Shown here in pieces: positions 32,081 to 44,830 of a stretch of DNA of 64,000 bases. The DNA is taken from contig NC_134025.1 in assembly GCF_964204645.1 (NCBI RefSeq), positions 10,602,001 to 10,666,000 of the forward strand, in the 5' to 3' direction. The notes under the pieces are model-generated. The model made no database searches and was not told where the DNA came from. It saw only the letters and a program-made list of their open reading frames with translations. The DNA is from Tubulanus polymorphus (lineage: Eukaryota > Animalia > Nemertea). Numbering within the stretch: position 1 is the first letter of the stretch; every line of letters begins with the position of its first letter. The translations under genes and the position numbers were made by a program.

Positions 32081-32438
32081 ATCATTAACGTAAATAAGAA
32101 ATAATAATGGTCCACGTTATCCACAGGTGGGGCATAATCTACCGCGGGTTCTGGGTAGATGGAGATTTGACAATTTATATACGTACAGGTAAGAGATAAG
32201 AACAAATCCTGAACTGGAATAAACTGGTCACTAAGTCGCCACCCAGCCAATTTTAAGTTTTCAAATTTACTGTGCGTGCTGGTGCGATCAGGCAATAGCG
32301 ACCTCACCAGGACACCTGTGCCGACGGCTGGCATGTGTGTCTTAGTGTTCTAATTTGCCGCTAGAGTTCACTGATGTAGTATTGCGGGCTGAACCAATAC
32401 GAGCATCCCCCTCTAGAGAGACGGGTTTTAATAGCGAG

Positions 32439-32445
32439 TATAAAA
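32439..32445 (+). promoter_or_regulatory. TATA box candidate of the GTF2A1 promoter
   Basis: TATAAAA about 100 nt upstream of the ATG; CCAAT at ~32394. Confidence 0.4.
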
Positions 32446-32542
32446 GCTTGGTCGTGGCAGAACTTGTCGGCTTCGGTGAAGCCCACTTGTCGGGGTAATC
32501 CTTGTTTTTGTTGACGAACGTTGCGAACCATATTGCCTAAAT

Positions 32543-35500
32543 ATGTCCGGTACTACGAACGTGGTAAGTAGGAAGATAAAAACCGGATTCCTGTCGATCG
32601 AGTGCAAACTACTGGTGAGAAGATACGGCGCAAAAACGCCATGAAGAAATGATTTAGATCATTTGAGTTGAGAGATTTGACTCCTTTCCACTCCACTCCT
32701 CCAGTCCCACTCTGACTCCTGACTCCCCATCATTGACAACTCCATTGTTGGGTAAACTATTATCAAATGAAATGGTTTCGGATGAGCTTAACAAAAAAAT
32801 ATCCGATTGTGAATACTACCAGGCACATTTAGGCCTACCAGGTAAAAGGACTATTTTAATGTTGAGGGTAGCTTACTGGGTAGAGGAGTGACAATGTGGT
32901 TTCCAGGGGACCCAGGCCCAGCAAGAGATAGTAGAATGAATGAAAAAGAGGACGGCCTGCCTGGTTCCCACGCTTGGTAGGCCCAATGCCTGCCTTGCCA
33001 GGTGGACGGCATCGTCCAAGACAGTTGCATAGACTAGTATTTATTTCAGAGTAGGGTTTATGAGTTCTGAATGATGCTGCTGAAAGTATTTCAATGGGGT
33101 CTCCCACTTCCCATGGGCACTTGTGACATTGACATCAACCTACCCACCCCCTGACCTAGTGTGTAGACAACCAAAAGCTGAAACACAAGTGAAAGGATGT
33201 CGGTGAAGCAAGTAGGCCTAGCTATTTCCCTTCTTATTTGACTTTTCCTGAAGCCTAGGCCTTTCCCTATGTCTAATTTTTGACCTAGGCCTAGCCCATC
33301 CTATAACCCTAAGAGATACACTATTTTGACTTCCGGCTAATAGAAACTAAAATTTAGGGGATTCGAAACATGTAGGCCTACAGACTAACCTTCATTTCAT
33401 TGGAAAAGAAAATTTGGTTGGATGAAATAATTTTTTACTTGTCTCTGGTAGGCCTAGTCCTTGGCTGATTTGAAAGTGGTCATTTCTTAAGCCAATAGGC
33501 CTAGGTGGGGCAATTGAAGGTAGGCCTATGCCTAACACTTGGTACTTACAGGCCCCCATAGGAATGCCATTCTATCCCTATTGATATGTTTGTCATGTGG
33601 GCCCAGGCGCGGATCCATGGGGTAGCACCTGGAGCACGTGCTACCCTCTAAGATTTCAGTTGGCCCCAAAAATCATTCCCGTCAAAAATTCGGTACCACC
33701 TGAGGACGTCGAAAGGCTCCTATATACATAGACCTATATATATATATATCTTTCTTTGGTTGAAACAAGCTCAAATCCTTGGAAATCTTATCTGCAGGTG
33801 TTTATTTTCAGAAATTTTCGTAGGGGAGGGCCAACAGACCCCCCATTCGTTACGCTTGGGTAGTGCCTCTTTGTAATAGTTATTGCCCTTCTTGCCGGGC
33901 GCTACCCCACAATATAAGCTCTGGATCCGCCTCTGGGGCCTAGTTGGAGAAACTTAATTTGCGGACTTTCGAATATTTTCTAATTTCAGCAACGTTTATA
34001 TGGTTCAGTGGTAGGTGATGTTATAAATAATGTGAGAGAAGCGTTCCTAGATGAAGGTGTTGATGAACAAGTTCTGCTTGAGTTGAAACAGGTAATGTTG
34101 AAACAAACGTCCAGAAATGCCTATGCCTTGAGCCCGAGTCTTAATTTTGTAGGTCTAACATTCTAACATGGTGGGCACTGACCAGGAAAACTCAGGGAAT
34201 CAGAAAAATTTAGAATAAAGCCGGGGAAACTCAGGGAATTTGACAAATAGGCCTGTATTAAATTGCCAAAATCCTGGAAAACTCCGAATTTGGATTATGT
34301 TATAGGCTAGATCACGTGTTTCTTTATCAGTACATGATTCAATGAAAAATGAATGAATTTTAAACCTAGAATTTTGTGTAATCCCATCGAAAAATCAGGG
34401 GGAAAACGCAAGATTTGTAAATGGGCGGTAAGTAGCCACCCCGTGTATGTGTAGGCGTAGGCATATCGGAGGGGCGTTCCTACTACCCTTGAAAATTAAG
34501 ATTTTGGCTACTGATACTTGAGGCTTGGCTAATAATTGAATGATCAGAATATAGGCCTAGGGCTTAGGATTATTTTAGCTGGAATAGGCCAACTATCTTG
34601 ATGAAGGGCTTCGTTTGCCCATTGCCATATCAGAGATTCTTATGTTAGGATGAATAATCCATCTAAGCATTTGATAAGTTTTGCCTAAGTTAACCCCGTC
34701 AAAAGAATTATAGAGCCTACCTGAGTAAAAAATTACCTTCATTTGTAAGAAAGAGGGCTATGAGAGTCCAGAGAATTTGGGTTTTTTTCTGAGATATTTT
34801 GCTATACCTATTTTATACAATATATGTTGTATTTGATTTCAGTTGTGGGAGAGCAAACTAGCACAATCAAAAGCCGTTGAAAGTGGTCCATCGGCGAATG
34901 AGAAACTCATGCAAACCTATGCCCAAGCACAAAAGGGACCAATAAATGTTCAACCAACGAAAAAATATGGTATGATATTTTCAATTATTTGATGTAGTTC
35001 TATCTGGGAGTCAATTAGCGGCTGATTGAATGACGATTTTAAAAATTGTCCTGCTTTTCGTGGTTTTTTCACGTGCAGCGGCGTGTTAGGAAAAGTTTTT
35101 CAGACGTTTTTTTTTTTTCATGCGTTTGATTATTTTCAATGAGTATGACGAATGTGTTCATGTAATAATAAGCTCAATGATGATAAACAAAATCAAGCGA
35201 AAAATTACTGGTTCGTTTTCCTCGGGCCTCTTCCCCTCGGAATAAGTTTTGCTGGTTGAGTAAAATAATTTGTCTTTCCTTGAAAACTCCTTCTAAACCA
35301 AAAATGATTTTCGAGGTCCTTGAATTTCCTTGGATTTGAGCAAACTGCCCAAAAGTCCTTCTCAAAACTACTTGAATTTTTATTTAGAAATTTTCAATTT
35401 AGAAAGTTTTTAGGTTTTAGGCCTAGTTATTATACACTCAGATTCCACTGAATTAAATGGTTTACCGAGAAAAACTGTACAGATTTAGGAGGAGTATACA

Positions 35501-38500
35501 GTAATTGGGATATGAAAGTGATGCTGACATCCTCGAAATTTGAAATTTTCTCCTTGAAAAGTCCTTAAATTCTGGATTGAATGAGTGATCTATAGGGACC
35601 CTGACTTTACTAATCACAAATTGTTTGTATTTTATTTCAGTGCCTCCACCAACAATCTTAACCCAACTTGGAGTTGGAGGACGTATTGAAATGGTAAGTG
35701 TTTTCCACCGTACCCATTACCCCGGTACATGTAGTAATCCATCTGATTACTTTCTCGAAGGTGTATTTATTTCTGTTTCGCGTTGTCACTGTCCAAGGTG
35801 CATACACTGTCTATGGAAAAGTTACCAGTACGAGTAACACTAAGGCCTAGGAGATTTCAAATAGTGGTTTTATCCAGAATTTGACTTTCGTCAAGTAATA
35901 ATTACTCTCTGAAAATTTCGTTTTAGCTTCTGTATGGTTCATCGGTAATCAAAAAAAAGTTTTATTTCATGTAATGGACTGACGCTAGAATGTATATTCA
36001 TCCAAGACTGTCTGTCAATGCATGACAAAATGAAACTTAAAAGAGATTTAAAAAAAGATAAAAAGTCTAAAAAGTTGCGGATTTTTAACTCTGATTTGAT
36101 ATCTAAGAAGCCCTATGTATAGCCCTTGTTCATTGCCACGACTTTGCTGGTAGAAATGTACGATGTAGTATAAGCGGAATAATATCTGCTATGCTATATG
36201 CAGCATTAGTTTGGACTAGTAAAATTCTATTTACAACTACTCAATTATTGGCTTAACTAACAGTTTGGAAACCTAGTATTAATTTTGAGTACAGTGTAGG
36301 GAAATGAAGACCAGCTTGTGGTTCTTAATATAATGTTATACCACTAGCTATCAGACCAGTGTCTCTTTTCAACTTGCAAAATGTTTGGTACCAGTACCTA
36401 GTGACCTAGCAGAGGCTTCATCACGATGCCTGAAATATCTTCTATCTTTGATTATTATTATTAACTGAAATAACAATGGCATGAATTTTCTCTATCAAAA
36501 GTCTCAGAGAACAACGTGTCATTTTAAAGTAAAAAACTACAAAAACAACAAACTGACGAGTCACTGCAATTTTTAAGCAATTTTCTCACTAAAATCGAAC
36601 AAAAAATTGCCTGTCTGCACCGGGGTTCAGGTCTGCAGATAATCAAGCTGCTTAGATATATCGATGCATATGATGCTAATCATCGGAAAATGGTACATTT
36701 CCCAACGCGTCGTGTATTTATTCATCAGATTATAAACTGTCGAGTGTATTTACTTTTTAGTCCAGACGTTACCAAAATTCGTATAATGTTCAGCACCATC
36801 AAAATATGTCTATCAGGGAACATGTGAGTTTATTCCATCTCCAGGCTATTAATGTGTACTATCATCGTCAAACAGCTGTTATCATTCTTTGCGGTGATGG
36901 TAGGATCACACACGCGCGCGCTCACTTATGAAATTATGTAGTTGTATCAACATTTTCAGCATGGCGGAAATCACAAAATCACGACTCAAGTGCATGGCAG
37001 CAATCAGTCGACTCACTTGTCAATGATTATCGAGCTTTAGGAAAAACGATTTACTGGCTAGACATTTGGAATGATCCTCCTTTCTCCGTTATGCTAATCT
37101 TTCAAATAGGTATTTTACAATGCAGTGCACTCTCAATTGGGAGGGGGGGCAAAACTGGTAACGGTGTTCTCCACGCAAGTTTTAGAGGGGCGGCCACCAT
37201 TTTAATACTTTACATCCACCCCTCTAAAAATCAACCACCCCTTATAAGATATGGGCTGCCCATACCAGATGGCAGAAATAGAAGATTACACCAAAATCAA
37301 AGCTTGATTTTCTGTATTTTTGGGAGATCGAAAGCTTTGCTACTTCGACAGCCACATTTTCATATTCTTAACAAAGAGTGCAGCCCCTTTGAAATTCCAG
37401 CAAATGGAGAACACTGTATTCCAGATACGTGAATGTTGTGCCCACTGTTATGATCAGTGTGCTTTTAGGGATCATTTAAAACTGTACCAGTCTTGGTATA
37501 GGTATACTGACTTCATACAGGACTATATCTTATTTTTCTTTTTTGATAGGGAAATTGAGAGTGTGCTGTATATTTATACCGTGCGTTTCATAATAATTGA
37601 TTCATGATTCTTCACATTCTCAATTCCAATCCGATGGTGTGAAACTCGGAATAGCCCTAGTGACCAGGTGTACACAGCTATTTATACATCTGAATATGGA
37701 ATATCGCAAGTCGCATTTCATTTTGTAAAACTAAATGTTTCCTGCACTTCAGTGATGTTTTCACACAGCTTTTTTGATCCACATATCGTATGGCGATGCT
37801 GTGCGAATAGCTGCATATTCCGGTTTACTGTTATGGCAGGGGACTCATTTGGATTCTCCCTTACGGGGATGGATTCATTTGAATCCCCGGGATTCTGCGA
37901 TAGAAATTAAAGAAATTTTCATGGGCTGTATAATCATCTCTTCGTTCTCCTTCTATGAAACCAGAAAGATGCTCCTGAAACCACTGTATTCTACTAGGCT
38001 AAATGCAATCAAAGCATGATTTAGAATGATCTTTCTCTCTTCAATCATAGTTTTCTCTTACTGCTACTGGCTATCGTCACTTCCCATCATTTCATACTGT
38101 GTAAAAATATTATCGAAAGTCTTAACCTGACCAATCTATGACATAATTCCTTAATCCAGCAGCCTTGTATATTCATCCGATGCTAGTTACTGAATTTGTA
38201 GTGACTGCTTCTTTTGATGAATTTGTATATATGCAGTATGAATAGATCGGGCCTGTATCTGAATTATTCAAATATGATTATTTAGCGTTTCTAGTTGATT
38301 CAAGTTGTCAATTGTCAACCTTGGACCTCTCGGAAGAAATTTGAAAAGGCACAACTATGGCTTAATTCTGAAGATCTTATCATAGTCATATCCAAATTTG
38401 GTTTATGACCATTATTAGGTACTTTGGTTATATATTTTTTTTTATAAATGTGTTGACATTTTGGAGTTTATTATCAAAAAAATTTGTTCTGTTTTTTGTT

Positions 38501-41500
38501 TCAGGTCATTTTTTGAACACTATACAATACTGCCTATTTCAGTGGCTCATCCATTTTTATTACTTAAACAAAATTGTTGCCACCCTCGTGGCACCTGCGT
38601 GCATTTATAAGTTTGAACAACTTTTGAAAATGAGAAACTTTCAATATTCATGTATATTATTATTAATGAAAAATGGATGACCACTGTATGTCGTTTCAAC
38701 TGTGTGCATGTGATTTGCATAAAAGAACTTCTAAATAAATGTATCGCTCTGACCAATTTGAGGTCGAATTTTGATGTAGCTAATCTGGATGCAATTTTTG
38801 GTGGTCCCAGCTATGGTTTTTACATACCATAGCCATCTTTCTCTAATTGTCTACGATATAAATCTCAATTAATTTGATTGATTTTTTTACAGCCGAACCA
38901 GCGACGATTTCCCTTCGACGGCTTCGCGAGCTGTCGTACTCCCTATCAATCGAGGCCCATACAGCCACGGTACCACCATCCACCACCACCGCATACCACA
39001 CAACCGGGCGCGTGTTCGTACGATAGCGCGCCGGCGCCGTACAACAACAATAATCATAGTTACAATCGAGCGCCGTGCGCTTATAGCACTCCGTCGTCCA
39101 TGTCGATGGGGGCGGTAAGTTGGGCTGTTTAGTCGGCAGTCGTGCATGTTTGAATCGTCGGTGGCATTATGGCAATATTGGCAGTATGGGGGAGGTTCGC
39201 AGAGCAATGAATCGAATGAACACGGATCGTCGAGCGAGATATTTACGTGCGAAGCCATCTGAAACGCTTCAGAGAAAACTTAGTGCGTAGTATTGCGTGA
39301 TGAAAACTTGCTGGAGAAGTAAAACCCGCAGTCATTCGAACAGACTCCAGGGCCTGGTTTCGTAGATGTGGAAGAAAAATAGTCCCTGTGGATAGATTGA
39401 AATTCGTCGGTTATAACCATGGTTTCTCGTTGTTACTATGGTGGTTGTTACCCAGATTGAGGATTTACCCATAGGGATGACTTAGATACTCAGTATACGA
39501 AACCGGGCCCTGATTTCTAACATTTCAGGCAGAATACGAGTTTGTTCTTAATGATTGTGGATTTGGCTTAACGCCTACTACTGCTATTACTGGTCTAATA
39601 CTGTCTCGACGTGATAATTGCTGTTGGATCCATTATTCATTCGTTCCATTTGCATTAATTCGTACAATTTTTATTGAGCTGTTGGGTTATTGGTTGTGGT
39701 GGTCAGACCCTCTCTTGTGTAATGTATCTTACTACACTGTGGAATACTCAGGAAGCCAGTTCCATACTTCTGCGTTGTTGGGCTTGAGCGAGAACCTAGT
39801 ATACCGAGGCAAAACAGCCGAGTGGTTTAAGTTGCCGGTTGCTTGTCAATCCAGGTGGCAACATAGTTCCTTGGACAGAGCCTTTTCCTTGGTCTCTGTC
39901 CTAAGCGGGGAACAAAACAACAGCACAAACTCTGCTGATCTGCTGATCTGCTGATAATGCTGGATATGACATGAGTTGAGAGTAAAAAGCCTAAACCGAC
40001 AATGCGGAACTGGGTCTGGCTCTCTTTATGGATAGTTTTTGTAGGCTGCAGGTATTCTCTTGCCTTTTCCCATTGCATAAATCTGATTCTCAATTTTCTT
40101 TCCATCTCTTGCAGGAGTATTTTGATTATACGATTTGGTTGAATCGTTATTCTCTTAGAATTTACAGGTGCATGTTAAATCTTGCGGTGGCGTTTCTGAA
40201 AATGGATGTACTTCTCTCCTCTCTCTCTATCTCTCTCTCTATTCCAGTTGGCATTTTCTGGTCAGGCATCATTTCTCATTCGACAGCCTCTATTCCCTCC
40301 TACTTCAGCTGCTTCTAGTATCACTCAGCTGGATGCTGAATGAACAGAGTTCTGGCTTACAGTATTAATAGATCATTTATTAAAGAAAGCTGTCTTCACA
40401 ATTCACATCGCCTATTAAACGTGAAGATGTCTGATTGATTTTTTAAACTTAACTCTTTTAGCGCTGACTAATTAATACCCGAAAATGCTGGAGATATTTT
40501 GAAAATTGAAAAAAAATTCCACTCAAGTGCATTCAGTATCGGGCATACTGCTATAGTGTGTCTGCACACTGGTGCAGTGTATCGTTACTGATATTAAATA
40601 TGTTTGATACAGATAACAACTAATTACGATGAACTAATAAAATCAATGCACCATAATGCAGTGTACTAGTAAAATCAAACACTGACTTATAAATCGCATT
40701 TGTGGTGAAGATGCACTGAAAGGGTTAATCAAACCAATGTGCGAACAACAGCTGGCCCAGGGTCAAATTTCAGTTTTGAGTTGATATTTGGAAAATGATT
40801 CAACAAGTAACGACTACAGAACTGATGGGTTCAATTTGATGAAGCCTAAAAGAAGACAGTCTTCTTTTCTGGAATGGTCGACAGGCAGCATTTATTTGTA
40901 CTCCCTCCTCAATCATTATTTTATACAGAGGTATAGATTTTGTCAGGTTGAAGGGTTTTTTTTACAGCGTAGATACAGTTTAATGAACTGAAAAGTCACC
41001 GGAGAACCTGGCCTATGTTCATTTAAACTGAAATCAGGTCTAGGGATAAATAAACCCGATTTGTTAAAATAACGATTTGTGAAATCCATCTACTGATATG
41101 ACGAAATGCGAAATTCCTTCCGATTTCATTATCTTCCCGTTAACCACAAAAGCAGACTCCTTGCTTAATTATTACCATTTGAATCAGTTATTCACTTATT
41201 TCGATAGACGATTTATGCATTATGATTAAATCCTAGTAGCAGATTTTGGTAGACACTCTTTAAGTAGCAGAATGGATAAAATCTGACCAATTTGAAGAGA
41301 AAACAGTGGAATCCTCTTTTAGGATGATACGCGTATATGTGATTGAAGAACGGGTATTCGATACGAATACGTCCTACGATGTGCTTTTGTAAACTGAATT
41401 ATATTTCCATTTGTAGAGTCAGGCTGCGGCAACTGCTACTGTCGCTCTGCCTCAGATGTATCAACATCAACTTGGTGCTGGCAGTTTCACACTTCAAGGT

Positions 41501-44500
41501 TCTACAGGTAAGAATAATGCATCAGAACTTGGATTGATCGGAATGCATTTCAATAATTTTTGTGCCTAGTTATGAAGTGTTGATTTGGTTGATTAGCCGC
41601 TAGACTTCAGAACCAGCTCTCGGTCACTTTTTAGTATCCCGAGTTCGTATCCCGCTGAATGTATTTCATTTCCCCTCTCATTATCATGTTTCTTTTTAGA
41701 TCCCGATCAACGGACATTCATATTTAATTCTCATATTTCTCTTCAGATCAGCCGACGTTCATAATTCAACCTTCCGGTCAGGTTTTGACTACCAGTACCG
41801 GCATGTCACAGCTACCCATACAAGCGGCTATACAGACAGGACAGGTATCTCAATCCGTTCGATATTTTTTGAAAAAGTTTTTGCCTACTGTTGGTAATCA
41901 TGGGTGTTTACACTCTTTGAAGAAGACTTAATAACCTGGGGCTTTTTTCACTACGAAATACGATTCTAAAGAAAATTTAATATCTTATTTTCGACAAAAG
42001 GCAATAATAAGACTAAACGTATTAAGCTTTTGATTTTTTGTGAAACCAAGCCCTGGACCGTAGAATTTGTAAGATACGTTTGCTAAATTTGGGAATAGTA
42101 TCTGCAATATTTTAGGATCAATGATGGAATTAGAACAATATAAAACTCGTCCATGTAATTGCCTTAAGTTCATATATTTATAATACCGGGTAATAGATAA
42201 TAATCTATATTGTACAGCCCCTGTTTCATTTAGAAAATGTTCACCAGCGCTTTATGGTTAGTGATACTATATTCAATGCTTCCTGGACCGTAGTAAAGCT
42301 TTCTCTTTTTAAATTCTAGTCTGCTACTCAAGGAGGGCGCGTTGTTTACACGTTACCGATACAAACGACTACGGCAGCTCAACAAGCCCAGGTATATACA
42401 TTACATATATATTACATCATATCAACGTTGCTTCTATGCGCAGCAGGGTTCGAAAATTTCGTGTGAATGTTTTGATTTGCTCGTGTATTTGTTAGATTTC
42501 ATAACAAAATTTGCTTAATCCAGATCAGGTAAATCCATATATGTATCTGGTCCAAACATTACGCGGAATGTATAAAGTATGGATCGTCTTCAGGATAACA
42601 TACGCGTTGGTCACAAGTGATCTGGATCAATGGAATTTTACGTGCTGTAAAGTTGAGTGTTCAGTTTGACTCGACAGTCATGGAAAATGTTTTCAACTCG
42701 GTCCATCTATATACATTTGTACACAGACAATCAATCATGGGAAAGTTTAGGTTTGGGTTCTGATTGCGCGATTGAAAATTGATAAACTCTGCCGATATTC
42801 CCATGGTCCATTAATGCCTATACTCGCTTACTGACTAATTAAAATATGATATTGGTTGATGAGAGTCTGAACATCTGATAACTACGGAGATATGCTATCA
42901 GTAAACAGTGTAATACCAGGTGTAAGTTTGTATGATTTAATCAGTTGACACTGTTGAGAAACGTCAGCTGGCCTGCGTCATGCAAAGTGTATTGAAGTTG
43001 TCATCAGGTTGGAAAACTATCCTATTAATGAATTTCACTGCATTGAAATGCATGTTTGTTCAATTTGTCAACATCTACAATGACTAATACCATTTGAAAA
43101 CGTAAACTGCCTACATTATGCAGACCAATTATCAAGTGTTGTCAAATTTGTATCTCGGCAGAAAAATGCCCATCGTTATGAACGAAATCTCCTCACCTCA
43201 AAATCAAAATTAGGTATCTTTTATTCTGAAGAAACGTGAAGAAGAAATGTGTAAGAAGTTGCTAATGGGTTAAGATGTCCTGTGAATGATCGTTTTAGGT
43301 ACAGCCCGGTGTACAAGTAGCCGGAACGACCGGTATACTGCAGCTCGATGGCGCCCATGACAGTAGCTCCGACGACGACGATGACTTCGACGACGACGAT
43401 AAAGATGACGATAACGATGACGAACAGAACGAAGAAGACAACGAATACCAGGGCGAAGAGGAGGTGAATACTATCCCGAATTTTTATTCGCTTGATGAAA
43501 ATAACCCTTGATTTTGATCGTGAATTCAGTTTGCGATGATTCCGTTGAATACTTGTACGAATTTATTTCACCATGTTATTAGCTTGTTGCCACTAGAAAC
43601 CGTGCTTTTCTTCCCACTTGCAAAAATTGATTTATATGTTGAGCACTGTGGTTAATGAACTGTCGATTTTTGTTGTAGGAGCCACTTAATTCTGGAGATG
43701 ATGTCAGCGATGTGGATCCATCGGAATTATTTGACGCCGACAATGTTGTAGTGTGCCAGTATGATAAGGTATGATCAAACTAGGACTATATACAGTTTAA
43801 GGCCAGTCAAACCTGCTGTGTAAATGAAGTAGATACCCCAAAGAGGAGAATTACTCATTTCTGCAGACATTTGATTTTTGTCAGCGTGAAAAAAGTCCCC
43901 ATAGAACATAAGTCCCCATAAAACATAATTTATAGTACATCTTTTTGCTTTGAATTCGCATCAAAATCTTTTAAAAACTCGCGCACATTTCGGGCCTTAA
44001 ATCTCAGTTACTTTCCACATTACAATGTCCATTGTATCAAAGCAAGCACTAGAAGTGAGTTCCACTGGTGTTATGTAAAACTGATGGCAAAGTTTGTTAA
44101 AGCACGATCTGCATTAACATGTAGTACCGAGTAGATAAGGCTATCGTAGTGAAATTTCAAGGCTAGATCTAGGGTCTGATTTAGGGCGGGGTGCACCCCC
44201 AAAATAGGGCATATCATATAATGAAAAGGGCTTCCCAAAGGAAAGCTTTTGGCAAAACATGAACTCATTTCTGGAAATACGGAGGACAAGCATGAACATG
44301 AATTAAAACTATTTTAGTTCAGTTTAATACTTTTCATTTTCCCATGAAATAGCCAGGCAACTTAATATAATATGATATTTATTTCGCCATGTATATATGC
44401 AGTATAAATAATATATAATTACAAACAAGTTACAAGTTACATACATACGCAGCTGGATGCTTGGAAAGCCAATGAAGGCTGTGTCCTCACCTTGGACCCA

Positions 44501-44707
44501 CCCTGAATTTATATTTGTTAGACCTGAAAATTTGGCAGACTGTCTAAAGAAACGAAAATACACCGGTTGTTTAGACGTCTGTATCGTACTGCATTTCAGA
44601 TAAATCGATGTAAAGCGAAATGGAAATTCCACCTGAAGGACGGTATAATGAATCTCAACGGTAAAGACTATGTTTTCCAGAAGGCGACCGGTGACGCCGA
44701 CTGGTGA
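32543..44707 (+). CDS. GTF2A1: Transcription initiation factor IIA large subunit (alpha/beta precursor), ~382 aa, 11 exons
   Basis: Exons 32543-32563, 33990-34091, 34843-34969, 35641-35693, 38893-39114, 41417-41507, 41747-41844, 42320-42391, 43299-43463, 43679-43768, 44600-44707; phases are consistent. N-terminus MSGTTNVQRLYGSVVGDVINNVREAFLDEGVDEQVLLELKQLWESKL, Q-rich linker, QLDG cleavage site, acidic stretch, and C-terminus EPLNSGDDVSD..DNVVVCQYDKINRCKAKWKFHLKDGIMNLNGKDYVFQKATGDADW*. Confidence 0.95.
33604..33935. mobile_element. Non-autonomous TIR element with 5-bp TSD, hAT5-like
   Basis: CAGGCGCGGATCCA...TGGATCCGCCTCTG flanked by GGGCC/GGGCC. Confidence 0.65.
39348..39512. mobile_element. 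MITE, Harbinger-like
   Basis: Inverted termini cagggcctggtttcgta...tacgaaaccgggccctg. Confidence 0.6.
39960..40330 (-). mobile_element. Possible decayed RTE-clade LINE 3' fragment
   Basis: Purine-rich minus-strand frame KQLK*EGIEAVE*EM resembles the RTE C-terminal K..LK..GI....WE pattern and is followed by ERKLR..WEKAR..QFR. The frame is disrupted. Confidence 0.35.
40453..40724. mobile_element. piggyBac-like MITE (copy 1)
   Basis: TTAA-ctcttttagcgc...gcactgaaaggg-TTAA; internally similar to 45320-45600. Confidence 0.7.
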
Positions 44708-44824
44708 TGATCGCCGGTACTAATCAAGATATATATTGAGTGAATATATATATATATATATATATGAATACGTATATAGATCGTAAATACATTCCCATGT
44801 CAAAGATGAATTATATACGGGACG

Positions 44825-44830
44825 AATAAA
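44825..44830 (+). promoter_or_regulatory. Candidate polyadenylation signal of GTF2A1
   Basis: AATAAA about 120 nt after the TGA. Confidence 0.35.

Noticed and set aside
32199-32432. AAATCCTG/CGGGTTTT pairing resembling the RNase P/MRP P4 helix
   Set aside because: No convincing P1 pairing, CR-I/CR-V consensus or GARAR loop; kept only as an unexplained structured block.
37530-38160. Possible LINE endonuclease remnant in TFIIA intron 4
   Set aside because: Too degenerate to read a diagnostic motif with confidence.
41580-41660. tRNA-like stretch with CTTCAGA and GTTCGTATCC (tRNA-Sec or suppressor?)
   Set aside because: No consistent cloverleaf or acceptor stem; at most a decayed tRNA-derived SINE head.
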